DNA of 64,000 nt, from contig CAXXHO010000007.1 of assembly GCA_963667725.2 (NCBI GenBank), forward strand, positions 32,001 to 96,000, read 5' to 3'. This document shows positions 9,730 to 18,820 of the stretch, piece by piece. The notes under the pieces are model-generated. The model had not been told where the DNA came from and made no database searches. It worked only from the letters and a program-made list of their open reading frames with translations. Position 1 is the first letter of the stretch, and each line of letters opens with the position of its first letter. Made by a program: the position numbers and the translations under genes. The DNA is from Treponemataceae bacterium (GTDB taxonomy: Bacteria > Spirochaetota > Spirochaetia > Treponematales > Rectinemataceae).

Positions 9730-9933
9730 ATGAATATCAAGGAAGGTTTTAGGAGATTATCGATTTTGATTGGTATTATTAGTACATTAGTTTTCTTTTT
9801 AGCTTTTGCTTCAAATAATGGAGAACAAATAGGTTTAGTAATTCTTGTTTCACTAGTGGTAGGGTTAGTTGCATCTGGAATCACTTTACTGATTGGTTAT
9901 GTCCTAGAAGGCTTTAAAAATAAAAATGCGTAG
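9730..9933 (+). CDS. Small two-TM membrane protein (cassette 5, second gene)
   Basis: GGGGAG RBS, two hydrophobic helices, stop inside the inverse core. Confidence 0.75.
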   Translation: MNIKEGFRRLSILIGIISTLVFFLAFASNNGEQIGLVILVSLVVGLVASGITLLIGYVLEGFKNKNA

Positions 9934-10053
9934 AACACATGCTTCAACCTTATAAATCCTTTGGCATGGTTTGTGCAGGAACAAAAATGCACAAACCACG
10001 CCAAGCCTTCACTTTGTTCAGGCACGGATTTAAAGGTTAAGCAAATGTTAGAT
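9930..10053 (+). repeat. attC 5 (family A)
   Basis: GTAGAAC (complement of GTTCTAC at 9081)...GTTAGAT. Confidence 0.95.
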
Positions 10054-10110
10054 GGACGCCTTCGGCGCATATAAAATAAAAAAGTAAAAGCTGCCATTTT
10101 AAGGGTTACT

Positions 10111-10638
10111 ATGAAAATATTTACAAATAGATTGGAATTAAGAGAGTATTGTGAAAATGATCTAGAGCTGTTGCATAACTTTAGGATTGATAAAAATATT
10201 TCAAAGTATATTCATTGGAATGACCTAAGCCTTGAAGGTACGAGAAGTATTCTAAAAGAGGGGCTTGATGATCAAAAAGAAGAAAATAGAAAGTATTATC
10301 ATTTTGTAGTTTGCTTAATGCCGGATAATATCCCAATTGGAGAGATAGGTGTCAATATAAAAATTAGCAATATATATGGCGGCATTGGTATATTAGGCTA
10401 TTTTATGTTTAAAGAATATTGGCATAATGGGTATATGTCTGAAGCAGCGCATGGAATTATAGAATATATGTTTATTGAGCTTAAGTTACATAAAATAGAG
10501 GCATATGTTGATTATAAGAATAAAAGATCAATAAAGGTGTTAAAAAGATTAGGAATGAAGAAAGAAGCACAATTTAAAAAAGAAGTATTCGTTAACAATA
10601 GATGGGAAGATGTTGTTTATTATGCATTAGTAAAGTGA
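10111..10638 (+). CDS. GNAT acetyltransferase, RimJ/RimL type (cassette 6)
   Basis: TNRLELR, LGY..YWHNGYMSEA, NKRSIKVLKRLGM. Confidence 0.9.
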   Translation: MKIFTNRLELREYCENDLELLHNFRIDKNISKYIHWNDLSLEGTRSILKEGLDDQKEENRKYYHFVVCLMPDNIPIGEIGVNIKISNIYGGIGILGYFMFKEYWHNGYMSEAAHGIIEYMFIELKLHKIEAYVDYKNKRSIKVLKRLGMKKEAQFKKEVFVNNRWEDVVYYALVK

Positions 10639-10667
10639 AATTGAGAAAATGAGATTGGGAAGCATTC

Positions 10668-10790
10668 ATCTAACAACTGCTTCAACCTTATAAATCCTTT
10701 GTCATGGTTTGTGCAAGAAAAAAGAGCACAAACCACGCCAAGCCTTCGCTTTGCTCAGGCGCGGATTTAAAGGTTAAGCTAATGTTAGAA
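10668..10790 (+). repeat. attC 6 (family A)
   Basis: ATCTAAC...GTTAGAA. Confidence 0.95.
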
Positions 10791-11201
10791 CGACCTCATT
10801 CTATTGACTAGAGCCTTGCATGATCTTGTTGCAGAATACTAAGCAGAATTGCATGATTATCATAAGAAAGATCATTTTTACATTACTGGACGGAAAAAAG
10901 TCTTGAGATGCCGCTCCAAGAAGCGCGCATTGGGCTTCTTGGAAAGTGGCGGCTAAGAGCTTCGCTGTAGGCAGTTCATCGGTCCCACCGCAGAAGATTT
11001 CTCTCTGGGAATGAAACCAGTGATTCGCAGAGAGCTGCCCACAGCGAAGCGAAGAGGCCGCAAAGGGAAAAAGTAAAATAGCGCGCGAAGAGGAGCGGCA
11101 GAAGAGCGACTTTTTTCGCATTCAGAGTTGGCGAAGAGGCTCGCCAAGATTACGTAATGTGATTATATCTTTGTGGCGGTTGGTAGCGCTAAAGTTGGCG
11201 A
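10791..11201 (+). ncRNA. ORF-less structured cassette, copy 3
   Basis: Third diverged copy, 1 nt shorter, same helices. Confidence 0.55.
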
Positions 11202-11325
11202 TTCTAACAAAAGCTTCAACCTTATAAATCCTTTGTCATGGTTTGTGCAGAAATCCCATGCACAAACCACGCCAAGCCTTCGCAGTAGCTCAGGCGCGGA
11301 TTTAAAGGTTAAGCTAATGTTAGAT
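11202..11325 (+). repeat. attC 7 (family A)
   Basis: TTCTAAC...GTTAGAT. Confidence 0.95.
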
Positions 11326-11382
11326 TGACGCTCCCGCGCAGGAAGAAAACAATATAGGCTGCTATTTGAGTAAACGGGTTCT

Positions 11383-11943
11383 ATGATGGACAAATCGTAT
11401 AAAGCAATTACCGACTTCATATTTCTTGAAGATCAACCTCAGAAAGCAGATATAATACTTATTCCTGGTGGCAGCAAACCACAACTAATGGAAAGAGCGT
11501 GTTCATTATTTTTTGATGGGTATTCATCATTGTTACTTCCATCTGGGGGAAAGAATAAAGCATTAGTAAACTATGAAACAGAATGGGACTATTTTTTTGA
11601 AATAGCAAAGAAAATGAGTATTCCAGAAGAGGTTGTACTTAAAGAAGATAAAGCGACTAATACATATGAGAATGCACTTTATTCGAAAAGAATAATTGAA
11701 GATAAGGGAATACTAATAAAGAAAGCATTGTTAGTATGTAAAGCATTTCATGCTAGAAGAGCCTTATTAACATATCAGACATGGTTTATGAATGATATAG
11801 AATACATTATTTGTCCAATTGTGGATGATAGAGGAATAAGTAGAGATAATTGGTATCTAGATCAAAATAAAATTGTAAAAGTAATGAGTGAAGTAGAAAA
11901 GGTAGGGAAGTATTTTAAAGATAATTTGAGTTGGATCATTTAA
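11383..11943 (+). CDS. YdcF/DUF218 family protein (cassette 8)
   Basis: ADIILIPGG, SGG, EDKATNTYENALYS, FHARRA. Confidence 0.88.
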   Translation: MMDKSYKAITDFIFLEDQPQKADIILIPGGSKPQLMERACSLFFDGYSSLLLPSGGKNKALVNYETEWDYFFEIAKKMSIPEEVVLKEDKATNTYENALYSKRIIEDKGILIKKALLVCKAFHARRALLTYQTWFMNDIEYIICPIVDDRGISRDNWYLDQNKIVKVMSEVEKVGKYFKDNLSWII

Positions 11944-11956
11944 GAACTGAAAAGAA

Positions 11957-12096
11957 ATCTAACACATGCTTCAACCTGATAAAAACTTTGTCACGGTTTG
12001 TGCGATCGCGCGCCACTTCGTGGCTTCGCTCTTCACGCACAAACCGCGCCAAGCGCGAGTACGCGCCTGTTTTTACAGGTTAAGCCAATGTTAGCC
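11957..12096 (+). repeat. attC 8 (distinct 140-bp variant)
   Basis: ATCTAAC...GTTAGCC. Confidence 0.93.
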
Positions 12097-12117
12097 ATAT
12101 TAAGTTAAAATCAAGGC

Positions 12118-12960
12118 GTGAACATGCAATTTGAACAATTATACAAATTATCAAGAAGGCCGAAGCTTTACGAGTTAGGCAACTCAATTATGTGGACGGA
12201 TCCGTATATATCAAAACAGCTTCTTGAATGTCATCTCAATCCAAATAATGATATGGCGAGTAGAAGTAATGATAAAATCAACCTTGTAATAGATTGGATT
12301 GAGCAACATACAAATAAAGAAAAAATGGATATTCTTGATCTTGGATGTGGTCCCGGACTTTATGCAGAAAAGTTCGCAAGCCATGGCCATAAAGTTTCTG
12401 GTGTAGACTTTTCAAGCAACTCTATAGCGTATGCGAAAAAAGCTACATTGCTGAACAAGACAAATATTAGCTATTACTGTAAGAACTACTTGGATATCGA
12501 TTTCAAAGAGGCTTTTGATCTAGTTATACTGATCTACCTTGATTTTTGTGTTCTTAATGTTCATGAACGTAAAGTAGTAATAGAAAATGTATATAGATCA
12601 CTAAGAGATGGCGGAGTCTTTATATTTGATGTAGTGAATAGCAACAACATAGAAGATAAAGTACTAAAACAATCATGGGATATAAGTAAAAAAGGCTTTT
12701 GGAGTGATAAGCCATATATTGTCATGAATAATGGCTATAATTATAAAGATGATAAAGTATTGCTAAACCAGCATATTGTCATTACGGAAGATGAGGCTGT
12801 AAAGACATATCATTTCTGGAGCATATATTATGATTATGAAGATATCGTTCCATCACTAAAAGACAGTCGTTATAAAAGTATTGAAAGTTATAATAACGTG
12901 CTTCCAAAGACTGATGCTTGGACAGGAGATAACATTTCATTCTATATAGCAAGGAAATAG
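12118..12960 (+). CDS. Class I SAM-dependent methyltransferase (cassette 9)
   Basis: ILDLGCGPG, GVDFS, FDLV, LRDGGVFIFDV. Confidence 0.92.
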   Translation: MNMQFEQLYKLSRRPKLYELGNSIMWTDPYISKQLLECHLNPNNDMASRSNDKINLVIDWIEQHTNKEKMDILDLGCGPGLYAEKFASHGHKVSGVDFSSNSIAYAKKATLLNKTNISYYCKNYLDIDFKEAFDLVILIYLDFCVLNVHERKVVIENVYRSLRDGGVFIFDVVNSNNIEDKVLKQSWDISKKGFWSDKPYIVMNNGYNYKDDKVLLNQHIVITEDEAVKTYHFWSIYYDYEDIVPSLKDSRYKSIESYNNVLPKTDAWTGDNISFYIARK

Positions 12961-12971
12961 TAAAAAGAAAT

Positions 12972-13097
12972 GGCTAACAAATGCTTCAACCTGATAATTG
13001 CTTTTGTCACAGTTCTTGCAGTCGCTTCGCTCGGCAAGAACTGCGCCAATCCTTCGCTTCGCTCAGGCCGCAATTACAGGTTAAGCCAATGTTATGC
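12972..13097 (+). repeat. attC 9 (family B)
   Basis: GGCTAAC...GTTATGC. Confidence 0.95.
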
Positions 13098-13162
13098 GGA
13101 CTCGCGCATTCGCGCGAGCTAAGTTGTTATATTAGCGAAATATATAATTAGCTATATTGCCC

Positions 13163-13191
13163 TTGACATTACACATACAGATGTGTAAACT
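13163..13191 (+). promoter_or_regulatory. vapBC cassette promoter with operator palindrome
   Basis: TTGACA-17-TAAACT overlapping TTACACAT-N4-ATGTGTAA. Confidence 0.8.
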
Positions 13192-13211
13192 ATAAGGGTA
13201 TGGAGGACATC

Positions 13212-13409
13212 ATGGCTACAAACCTCGCTATAGATGATAGATTACTCACAAAAGCGCTTGAAATTGGCGGTTATAAATCAAAAAAGGACACTGTTAATGC
13301 TGCACTCGATGAATTTATCAAAAGAAGAAAAGCGAAAGAGCTTATAGATATTTTTGGTACAATTGAATATGAGGCTTCTTATGATTATAAAAAAATGAGA
13401 TCACGATGA
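13212..13409 (+). CDS. vapB: VapB-type antitoxin (cassette 10)
   Basis: MATNLAIDDRLL..SKKDTVNAAL; GGAGG RBS; overlaps the PIN toxin. Confidence 0.88.
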   Translation: MATNLAIDDRLLTKALEIGGYKSKKDTVNAALDEFIKRRKAKELIDIFGTIEYEASYDYKKMRSR

Positions 13410-13819
13410 AACGAGTATTAGTAGATACTTCAGTATGGTCTCTTGCATTAAGAAAAAAGGAAAGAACGGAGGAAGAACAAAAGATTGTAAGCCATCTATC
13501 TAAACTAATAAGTAATCTTACTATTGTTCTTATAGGTCCAATACGGCAAGAGATTCTATCGGGAATTCCAACGAAAGAACGATTTGAAGCACTTAAAGAA
13601 AAAATATCAATATTCGAAGATCATAAAATACATACAAATGATTATGAGCTTGCCGCAGAATACTTCAATGAATGTAGAAAACATGGGATACAAGGATCTC
13701 ATATAGATTACTTAATATGTTCCGTTGCTACAAATAATGATATGTCAATATTTACATTGGATAATGATTTTCAACTCTATAAAAAACATATAAGAATTAA
13801 GTTAGAAAAATTCGCATAA
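13406..13819 (+). CDS. vapC: VapC PIN-domain toxin
   Basis: VLVDTSVW, QEILSG, IDYLI, TLDNDF. Confidence 0.92.
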   Translation: MKRVLVDTSVWSLALRKKERTEEEQKIVSHLSKLISNLTIVLIGPIRQEILSGIPTKERFEALKEKISIFEDHKIHTNDYELAAEYFNECRKHGIQGSHIDYLICSVATNNDMSIFTLDNDFQLYKKHIRIKLEKFA

Positions 13820-13938
13820 CAACCGTTTCAACCTTATAAATCCTTTGTCATGGTTTGTGCAGGAACAACAGTGCACAAACCACGCCAAGCCTGAGCTAGC
13901 GCTCAGGCGCGGATTTAAAGGTTAAACGAATGTTCGAT
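13814..13938 (+). repeat. attC 10 (family A, compensated L boxes)
   Basis: GCATAAC..CGTTTCAAC/GTTAAACG..GTTCGAT. Confidence 0.93.
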
Positions 13939-14063
13939 GGACGCCTGCGGCGCAGCGTAAATAATGTATAGAGTATCATTAGGTTTCTACGATCTATTAA
14001 GCATTATAGAGTACTATTTGGTGTGTACAATCAAATAATACTAATCCTAAAATATTTACTTAT

Positions 14064-14555
14064 TTGGAGATTCAATTGTTTTCTGGAAAAGAAAAAATCA
14101 AAGTAAAAGCTTTAGGGCTATTTCAGCAAGAGGATTTCATATTTGTTTCGAAATCATATGATACAGTTAAGAAAGATTACTTCTTTAGGCCGATTGGTGG
14201 GACTGTTGAGTTTGGAGAATATGCACTTGATACGTTACGAAGAGAAATACTTGAAGAAATGAAGGCAGAGATTGTTAATATTAGGTTAGAGAAAATATGG
14301 GAGAATATATTTGTATGTGATGGAATAGATGGGCATGAGATAGTATTTCTGTATACGGCAGACTTCAAAGATGTAAAGTATTATGAGAAAAAAGAATACA
14401 CAATTGTTGAATCAAATGGAGAAGAAGTGCCAGCCTTATGGGTTAAGAAAGAAGAGTTTCTAGAGAAAAGATTACGATTGGTTCCTGAGGCATTAGTTGA
14501 GTATTTGAAAAATGATAGTCATGGAAGACATCGAACACATGCTTCAACCTTGTAA
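14064..14555 (+). CDS. NUDIX hydrolase (cassette 11); ORF runs into attC
   Basis: GGTVEFGE..LRREILEEM Nudix box; start codon uncertain. Confidence 0.85.
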   Translation: MEIQLFSGKEKIKVKALGLFQQEDFIFVSKSYDTVKKDYFFRPIGGTVEFGEYALDTLRREILEEMKAEIVNIRLEKIWENIFVCDGIDGHEIVFLYTADFKDVKYYEKKEYTIVESNGEEVPALWVKKEEFLEKRLRLVPEALVEYLKNDSHGRHRTHASTL

Positions 14556-14653
14556 ATCCTTTGTCATGGTTTGTGCAAGAACAACAATGCACAAACCACG
14601 CCAAGCCTTCGCTGCGCTCAGGCGCGGATTTAAAGGTTAAGCTAATGTTAGAC
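14530..14653 (+). repeat. attC 11 (family A)
   Basis: ATCGAAC (complement of GTTCGAT)...GTTAGAC. Confidence 0.95.
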
Positions 14654-14730
14654 GGACGCGCTTAACGCGCGCGCATAGGAATTTGATGTAGCCTGAGTCT
14701 TAAGAGTAGATGTTTTGAGTATATTACGGC

Positions 14731-14955
14731 CTAGCCCCAAATGACTTCTGGTTTCTTCTTCTCTTTAGCACATTGAGATAGAAAGTAGTTGATCAACGTC
14801 TGATAGGGTATGCCTGATTCTTTAGCCAAATCCTTAAAGTAGGAAATTGTATCTTCATCAAGCCTAATCGTAATAGACTTCTTGAGCCTATTGAGATAAG
14901 GATTCTTAACCGATTTAGAAAAGTCGTAGTTATCACGCATTTCGGTATTCTTCAT
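14731..14955 (-). CDS. brnA: BrnA/CopG-type antitoxin (cassette 12, inverted)
   Basis: YDFSKSVKNPY..ITIRLD..YF..GIPYQTLIN. Confidence 0.88.
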   Translation of the reverse strand: MKNTEMRDNYDFSKSVKNPYLNRLKKSITIRLDEDTISYFKDLAKESGIPYQTLINYFLSQCAKEKKKPEVIWG

Positions 14956-15232
14956 AGGAGGCTTCCTCCTTTCCCGTGGCTTTTCTTGCCGAAATTAACC
15001 GGATAATAGAATCCGATTCACGATAGCAATGGCAAACGACTAAAAGCCTGAGCTTGATACTTAATCCCAAGATAATAAAACGGTCTTCTTCGTCTGAATG
15101 ATCCGGGTCATAGATCACTCGAGCGTATTCATCATAGAAGACGGTTTTAGCTTCATCAAAATCAACACCATCATGTTTGGTTTGATTGATGAGATTCTTT
15201 CTTGGGTTCCAAACGAAGGATATGTCCTTCAT
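14933..15232 (-). CDS. brnT: BrnT toxin
   Basis: FVWNPRKNLINQTKHDGVDFDEAKTVF..EDRFIILG..IRLISARKAT. Confidence 0.92.
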   Translation of the reverse strand: MKDISFVWNPRKNLINQTKHDGVDFDEAKTVFYDEYARVIYDPDHSDEEDRFIILGLSIKLRLLVVCHCYRESDSIIRLISARKATGKEEASYEEYRNA

Positions 15233-15326
15233 GCCTACAAAGTATGTACATTATTCATGAAAAGTCAAGAGTTGTTTATGCAGCAGAGTAAAAAGGTAAG
15301 TAACTATAGTTATAGAAAAGAAAAGC

Positions 15327-15451
15327 GTCTAACACCTGCTTCAACCTTATAAATCCTTTGTCATGGTTTGTGCAGGAACAACAATGCACAAACCACGCCA
15401 AGCCTGAGCTAACGCTCAGGCGCGGATTTAAAGGTTAAGCTAATGTTAGCT
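15327..15451 (+). repeat. attC 12 (family A)
   Basis: GTCTAAC...GTTAGCT. Confidence 0.95.
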
Positions 15452-15506
15452 GGACGCCTTCGGCGCTTGGGCATTTTTAATTTGAAATAATAGTAGAGTT
15501 GAGATC

Positions 15507-16064
15507 ATGCAGTTTGAAGATATTAAAACAAATAGATTGCTGATTCGTGAATACTCTGATGTGTATCTAGAACAACTATTCGAGTATCGATCAGATCCAA
15601 AAGTCTACACATGGTATACGAAGAAACAAAACTCTGTTGAAGATCTTAGTGAGTATTTAAAGAGCAATATTACCGAGTTTGATAAGGATAATGGATATTC
15701 GGTATTTGTAATACTTTTCGAAGGTAAAGTTATAGGAGATATAGCTATAAGCTATTGGGATTATAACAATGAAAGAAGTGCACTAGGGTATGCGATACGG
15801 CCAGAGTATCAAAGACTTGGGTATGGATATGAAGCAGTAAATGCCCTAATAGGCTTTATGTTTGAGGTAATGAAGCGAAACAGAATACAAGCAGGAGTTG
15901 ATTACAATAATAAAGCATCAATAGGGTTGCTCAAGAAATTAGGGTTTAGAAGAGAAGGATACTTTCGACAGACTGAGTATAAGAATGGTGTATGGAAAGA
16001 TTCATGTTTGTATGCAATCTTGAGAGAAGATTGGGTTAAGAACAGAAATAGCATAATTCATTAA
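15507..16064 (+). CDS. GNAT acetyltransferase, RimJ/RimL type (cassette 13)
   Basis: TNRLLIR, LGYAIRPEYQRLGYGYEA, NKASIGLLKKLGFRREG. Confidence 0.9.
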   Translation: MQFEDIKTNRLLIREYSDVYLEQLFEYRSDPKVYTWYTKKQNSVEDLSEYLKSNITEFDKDNGYSVFVILFEGKVIGDIAISYWDYNNERSALGYAIRPEYQRLGYGYEAVNALIGFMFEVMKRNRIQAGVDYNNKASIGLLKKLGFRREGYFRQTEYKNGVWKDSCLYAILREDWVKNRNSIIH

Positions 16065-16092
16065 GGTAGATGTTGATAAGTAAAGTACTGGC

Positions 16093-16203
16093 AGCTAACA
16101 ATCGCTTCAACCTGACTCGGCTATTGTCACAGTTTGTGCTTTCAGGCTTCGCCCGGCACAAACTGCGCTAATGTACGCCTCGCAGGTTAAGCGTATGTTA
16201 GAC
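16093..16203 (+). repeat. attC 13 (family C)
   Basis: AGCTAAC...GTTAGAC. Confidence 0.95.
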
Positions 16204-16241
16204 GGACGCGCTTAACGCGCGCAAGAATAAAGGGACTGTTA

Positions 16242-16586
16242 ATGACTGATATTGAGGCGATTCGAAGCATTCTTGATCACAAATACAAATCTCTAGATGA
16301 ATCTGATATCTTTTCAGAAATTAACAACGATGATGAAGTGATTATGTTAAGACTTGAAAGGTTAGTATTAGATTTGCTTGATGAAGGAAATGAAAGAGTA
16401 ATTTATTCAAGGTGTGCAATTTGGGCGTCTTCAGTCCGTAATAGACTAAAGCAGTACATTAAGGATAATACTACTCTTGCTAATAAAGAAGAGTTAATAA
16501 AGATATGTAATCATATTTCTATGTTTATTGAAGAGTTGGCAGTATTAGATGGTATTAAAGGCATGAAGTTTAATCAAAACAGATGA
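16242..16586 (+). CDS. Hypothetical protein (cassette 14, gene 1)
   Basis: 114-aa ORF at the cassette start with AAGGG RBS. Confidence 0.75.
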   Translation: MTDIEAIRSILDHKYKSLDESDIFSEINNDDEVIMLRLERLVLDLLDEGNERVIYSRCAIWASSVRNRLKQYIKDNTTLANKEELIKICNHISMFIEELAVLDGIKGMKFNQNR

Positions 16587-16612
16587 TTTTTATTTGAAAA
16601 GGTACATACAAT

Positions 16613-17020
16613 ATGGATTCACAAGTATCTGCAATGGCTGGTGAGTTTTTAACGACAGGGAAGTTGTTTAAGCTTGGGCTACAAGCATCAATTACTTTGG
16701 GGAATGCTAAGTATATAGATATTATGGTATATAATGAAAAGATCAATAAGCACTATAATGTGCAAGTAAAGACGTTAAGAAAGAGGAATTGCTTTCCAAT
16801 AAAACGCGAAAGAATTATTGATGATGATATTTATATTTTTATAGTATTGAATGAGAAAGGGTTTGAAGAGGAATACTATATTATTAAAGGGAACACAATA
16901 TTGAATGATATAGATCATTTTTTTGGATCTTCATATAAAAACAATAAAGTTTCTAGAGTACCTGCAATAAATTATGGAGCAGTTAAGCAGTATAAAAACA
17001 ATTGGGACTTGTTCTTTTAA
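16613..17020 (+). CDS. Putative PD-(D/E)XK nuclease-fold protein (cassette 14, gene 2)
   Basis: AGE helix, IDI strand, VQVKT motif. Confidence 0.65.
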   Translation: MDSQVSAMAGEFLTTGKLFKLGLQASITLGNAKYIDIMVYNEKINKHYNVQVKTLRKRNCFPIKRERIIDDDIYIFIVLNEKGFEEEYYIIKGNTILNDIDHFFGSSYKNNKVSRVPAINYGAVKQYKNNWDLFF

Positions 17021-17026
17021 TAATTC

Positions 17027-17152
17027 GTCTAACACCTGCTTCAACCTGATAATTGCTCTTGGCACAGTTCTTGCAGTCGCTACGCTCGGCAAGAACTGTG
17101 CCAATCCTTCGCTTCGCTCAGGCCGCAATTACAGGTTAAGCCAATGTTAGAT
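17027..17152 (+). repeat. attC 14 (family B)
   Basis: GTCTAAC...GTTAGAT. Confidence 0.95.
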
Positions 17153-17209
17153 GGACGCCTTCGGCGCATATAAAATAAAAAAGTAAAAGCTGCCATTTTA
17201 AGGGTTACT

Positions 17210-17737
17210 ATGAAAATATTTACAAATAGATTGGAATTAAGAGAGTATTGTGAAAATGATCTAGAGCTGTTGCATAGCTTTAGGATTGATAAAAATATTT
17301 CAAAGTATATTCATTGGAATGACCTAAGCCTTGAAGGTACGAGAAGTATTCTAAAAGAGGGGCTTGATGATCAAAAAGAAGAAAATAGAAAGTATTATCA
17401 TTTTGTAGTTTGCTTAATGCCGGATAATATCCCAATTGGAGAGATAGGTGTCAATATAAAAATTAGCAATATATATGGCGGCATTGGTATATTAGGCTAT
17501 TTTATGTTTAAAGAATATTGGCATAATGGGTATATGTCTGAAGCAGCGCATGGAATTATAGAATATATGTTTATTGAGCTTAAGTTACATAAAATAGAAG
17601 CATATGTTGATTGTAAGAATAAAAGATCAATAAAGGTGTTAAAAAGATTAGGAATGAAGAAAGAAGCACAATTTAAAAAAGAAGTATTCGTTAACAATAG
17701 ATGGGAAGATGTTGTTTATTATGCATTAGTAAAGTGA
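17210..17737 (+). CDS. GNAT acetyltransferase, near-identical copy of 10111..10638 (cassette 15)
   Basis: Two amino-acid differences (N/S, Y/C). Confidence 0.9.
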   Translation: MKIFTNRLELREYCENDLELLHSFRIDKNISKYIHWNDLSLEGTRSILKEGLDDQKEENRKYYHFVVCLMPDNIPIGEIGVNIKISNIYGGIGILGYFMFKEYWHNGYMSEAAHGIIEYMFIELKLHKIEAYVDCKNKRSIKVLKRLGMKKEAQFKKEVFVNNRWEDVVYYALVK

Positions 17738-17766
17738 AATTGAGAAAATAAGATCGGGAAGCATTC

Positions 17767-17890
17767 ATCTAACACCTGCTTCAACCTTATAAATCCTTTG
17801 TCATGGTTTGTGCAAGATAGAAAAGCACAAACCATGCCAAGCCTGAGCTAACGCTCAGGCGCGGATTTACAGGTTAAGCTAATGTTAGGC
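17767..17890 (+). repeat. attC 15 (family A)
   Basis: ATCTAAC...GTTAGGC. Confidence 0.95.
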
Positions 17891-17899
17891 AGGTAAAAC

Positions 17900-18702
17900 A
17901 TGAGTTTATATAAATATCGAGCGGTTGGGGACTTGGCTTCTGGAGACATTGATCCGCATTAGCTACCTTACTTTCAAAAGGTGAAATATATTTTTCTAGT
18001 CCTAAAGAATTTAATGATCCGTTTGATTGTTTATTTTCTTTTTACAAAAATGTAACTAATATTGAAATAATTAAACACTTAAGGAGTATTTTAGTACCAG
18101 AGTCTGAAATACAATATTTATTAACTAATCATGGTCTAGCAAAACTAAAAGATAAAGTAATTGAGAAGAATGAAAATGCTGATCTTTTACGAATATTTAG
18201 TCTGGCTAAAAATTGCTTAAATACTTTACTTTGGTCTCATTACTCACAAAATCATTATGGTATATGTATAGGCTTTAAGACTTATAACTATAATAATACA
18301 GAGCATTTATATATAACACGTAATCAAATAGATGTTAATTTACCTGAATATCCAAATAACCTAGTACCCGCAGTTAAGGTAAATTACACTAGTGAAAGAC
18401 CTGAAGCATTTAGTATTATTTTAAAAGAATCCGATGATCTTAAGAAAGTATTTTTAACAAAAGATATATGTTGGGAATATGAAGAAGAAAGAAGAATTAT
18501 TGTTCCAAGTAAATATATTAAGAGAAATCCTATTCATATAAATCGATCTCAAATTGAAGAAATTATCTTTGGATTGAGAACACCAAAAATATTTGAGGAC
18601 AAAATCATAAGTATAGTAAGCGATATTAAGGATATAAAGATATATAAAGTTAAAATAAAGAATGGATCATTTAAATTAATTAAGCAAAAATATACTGCCT
18701 AA
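17900..18702 (+). pseudogene. DUF2971-family gene with a frameshift near 17959 (cassette 16; absent from the ORF track)
   Basis: MSLYKYR.. stops at TAG 17960; the -1 frame continues FSSPKEFNDPFDC..LWSHYSQNHYGICIGF..TKDICWEYEEERRII..EIIFG to TAA 18700-18702. Confidence 0.85.
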
Positions 18703-18820
18703 CACATGCTTCAACCTTATAAATCCTTTGTCATGGTTTGTGCAAGAAAAGAAGAGCACAAACCACGCCAATCCTTCGCTTCGCTCAGGCGCGGATTTAA
18801 AGGTTAAGCTAATGTTAGAA
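18697..18820 (+). repeat. attC 16 (family A)
   Basis: GCCTAAC...GTTAGAA. Confidence 0.95.

Noticed and set aside
10801..11121. Minus-strand 106-aa ORF (and ORFs 6398..6691 +, 6890..7186 -, 10953..11147 -) as the product of the repeated cassette
   Set aside because: The frame is broken by a 1-nt indel in the other copies, the other ORFs run through attC, and there is no recognisable RBS or protein family. Not fully excluded without RNAcode.
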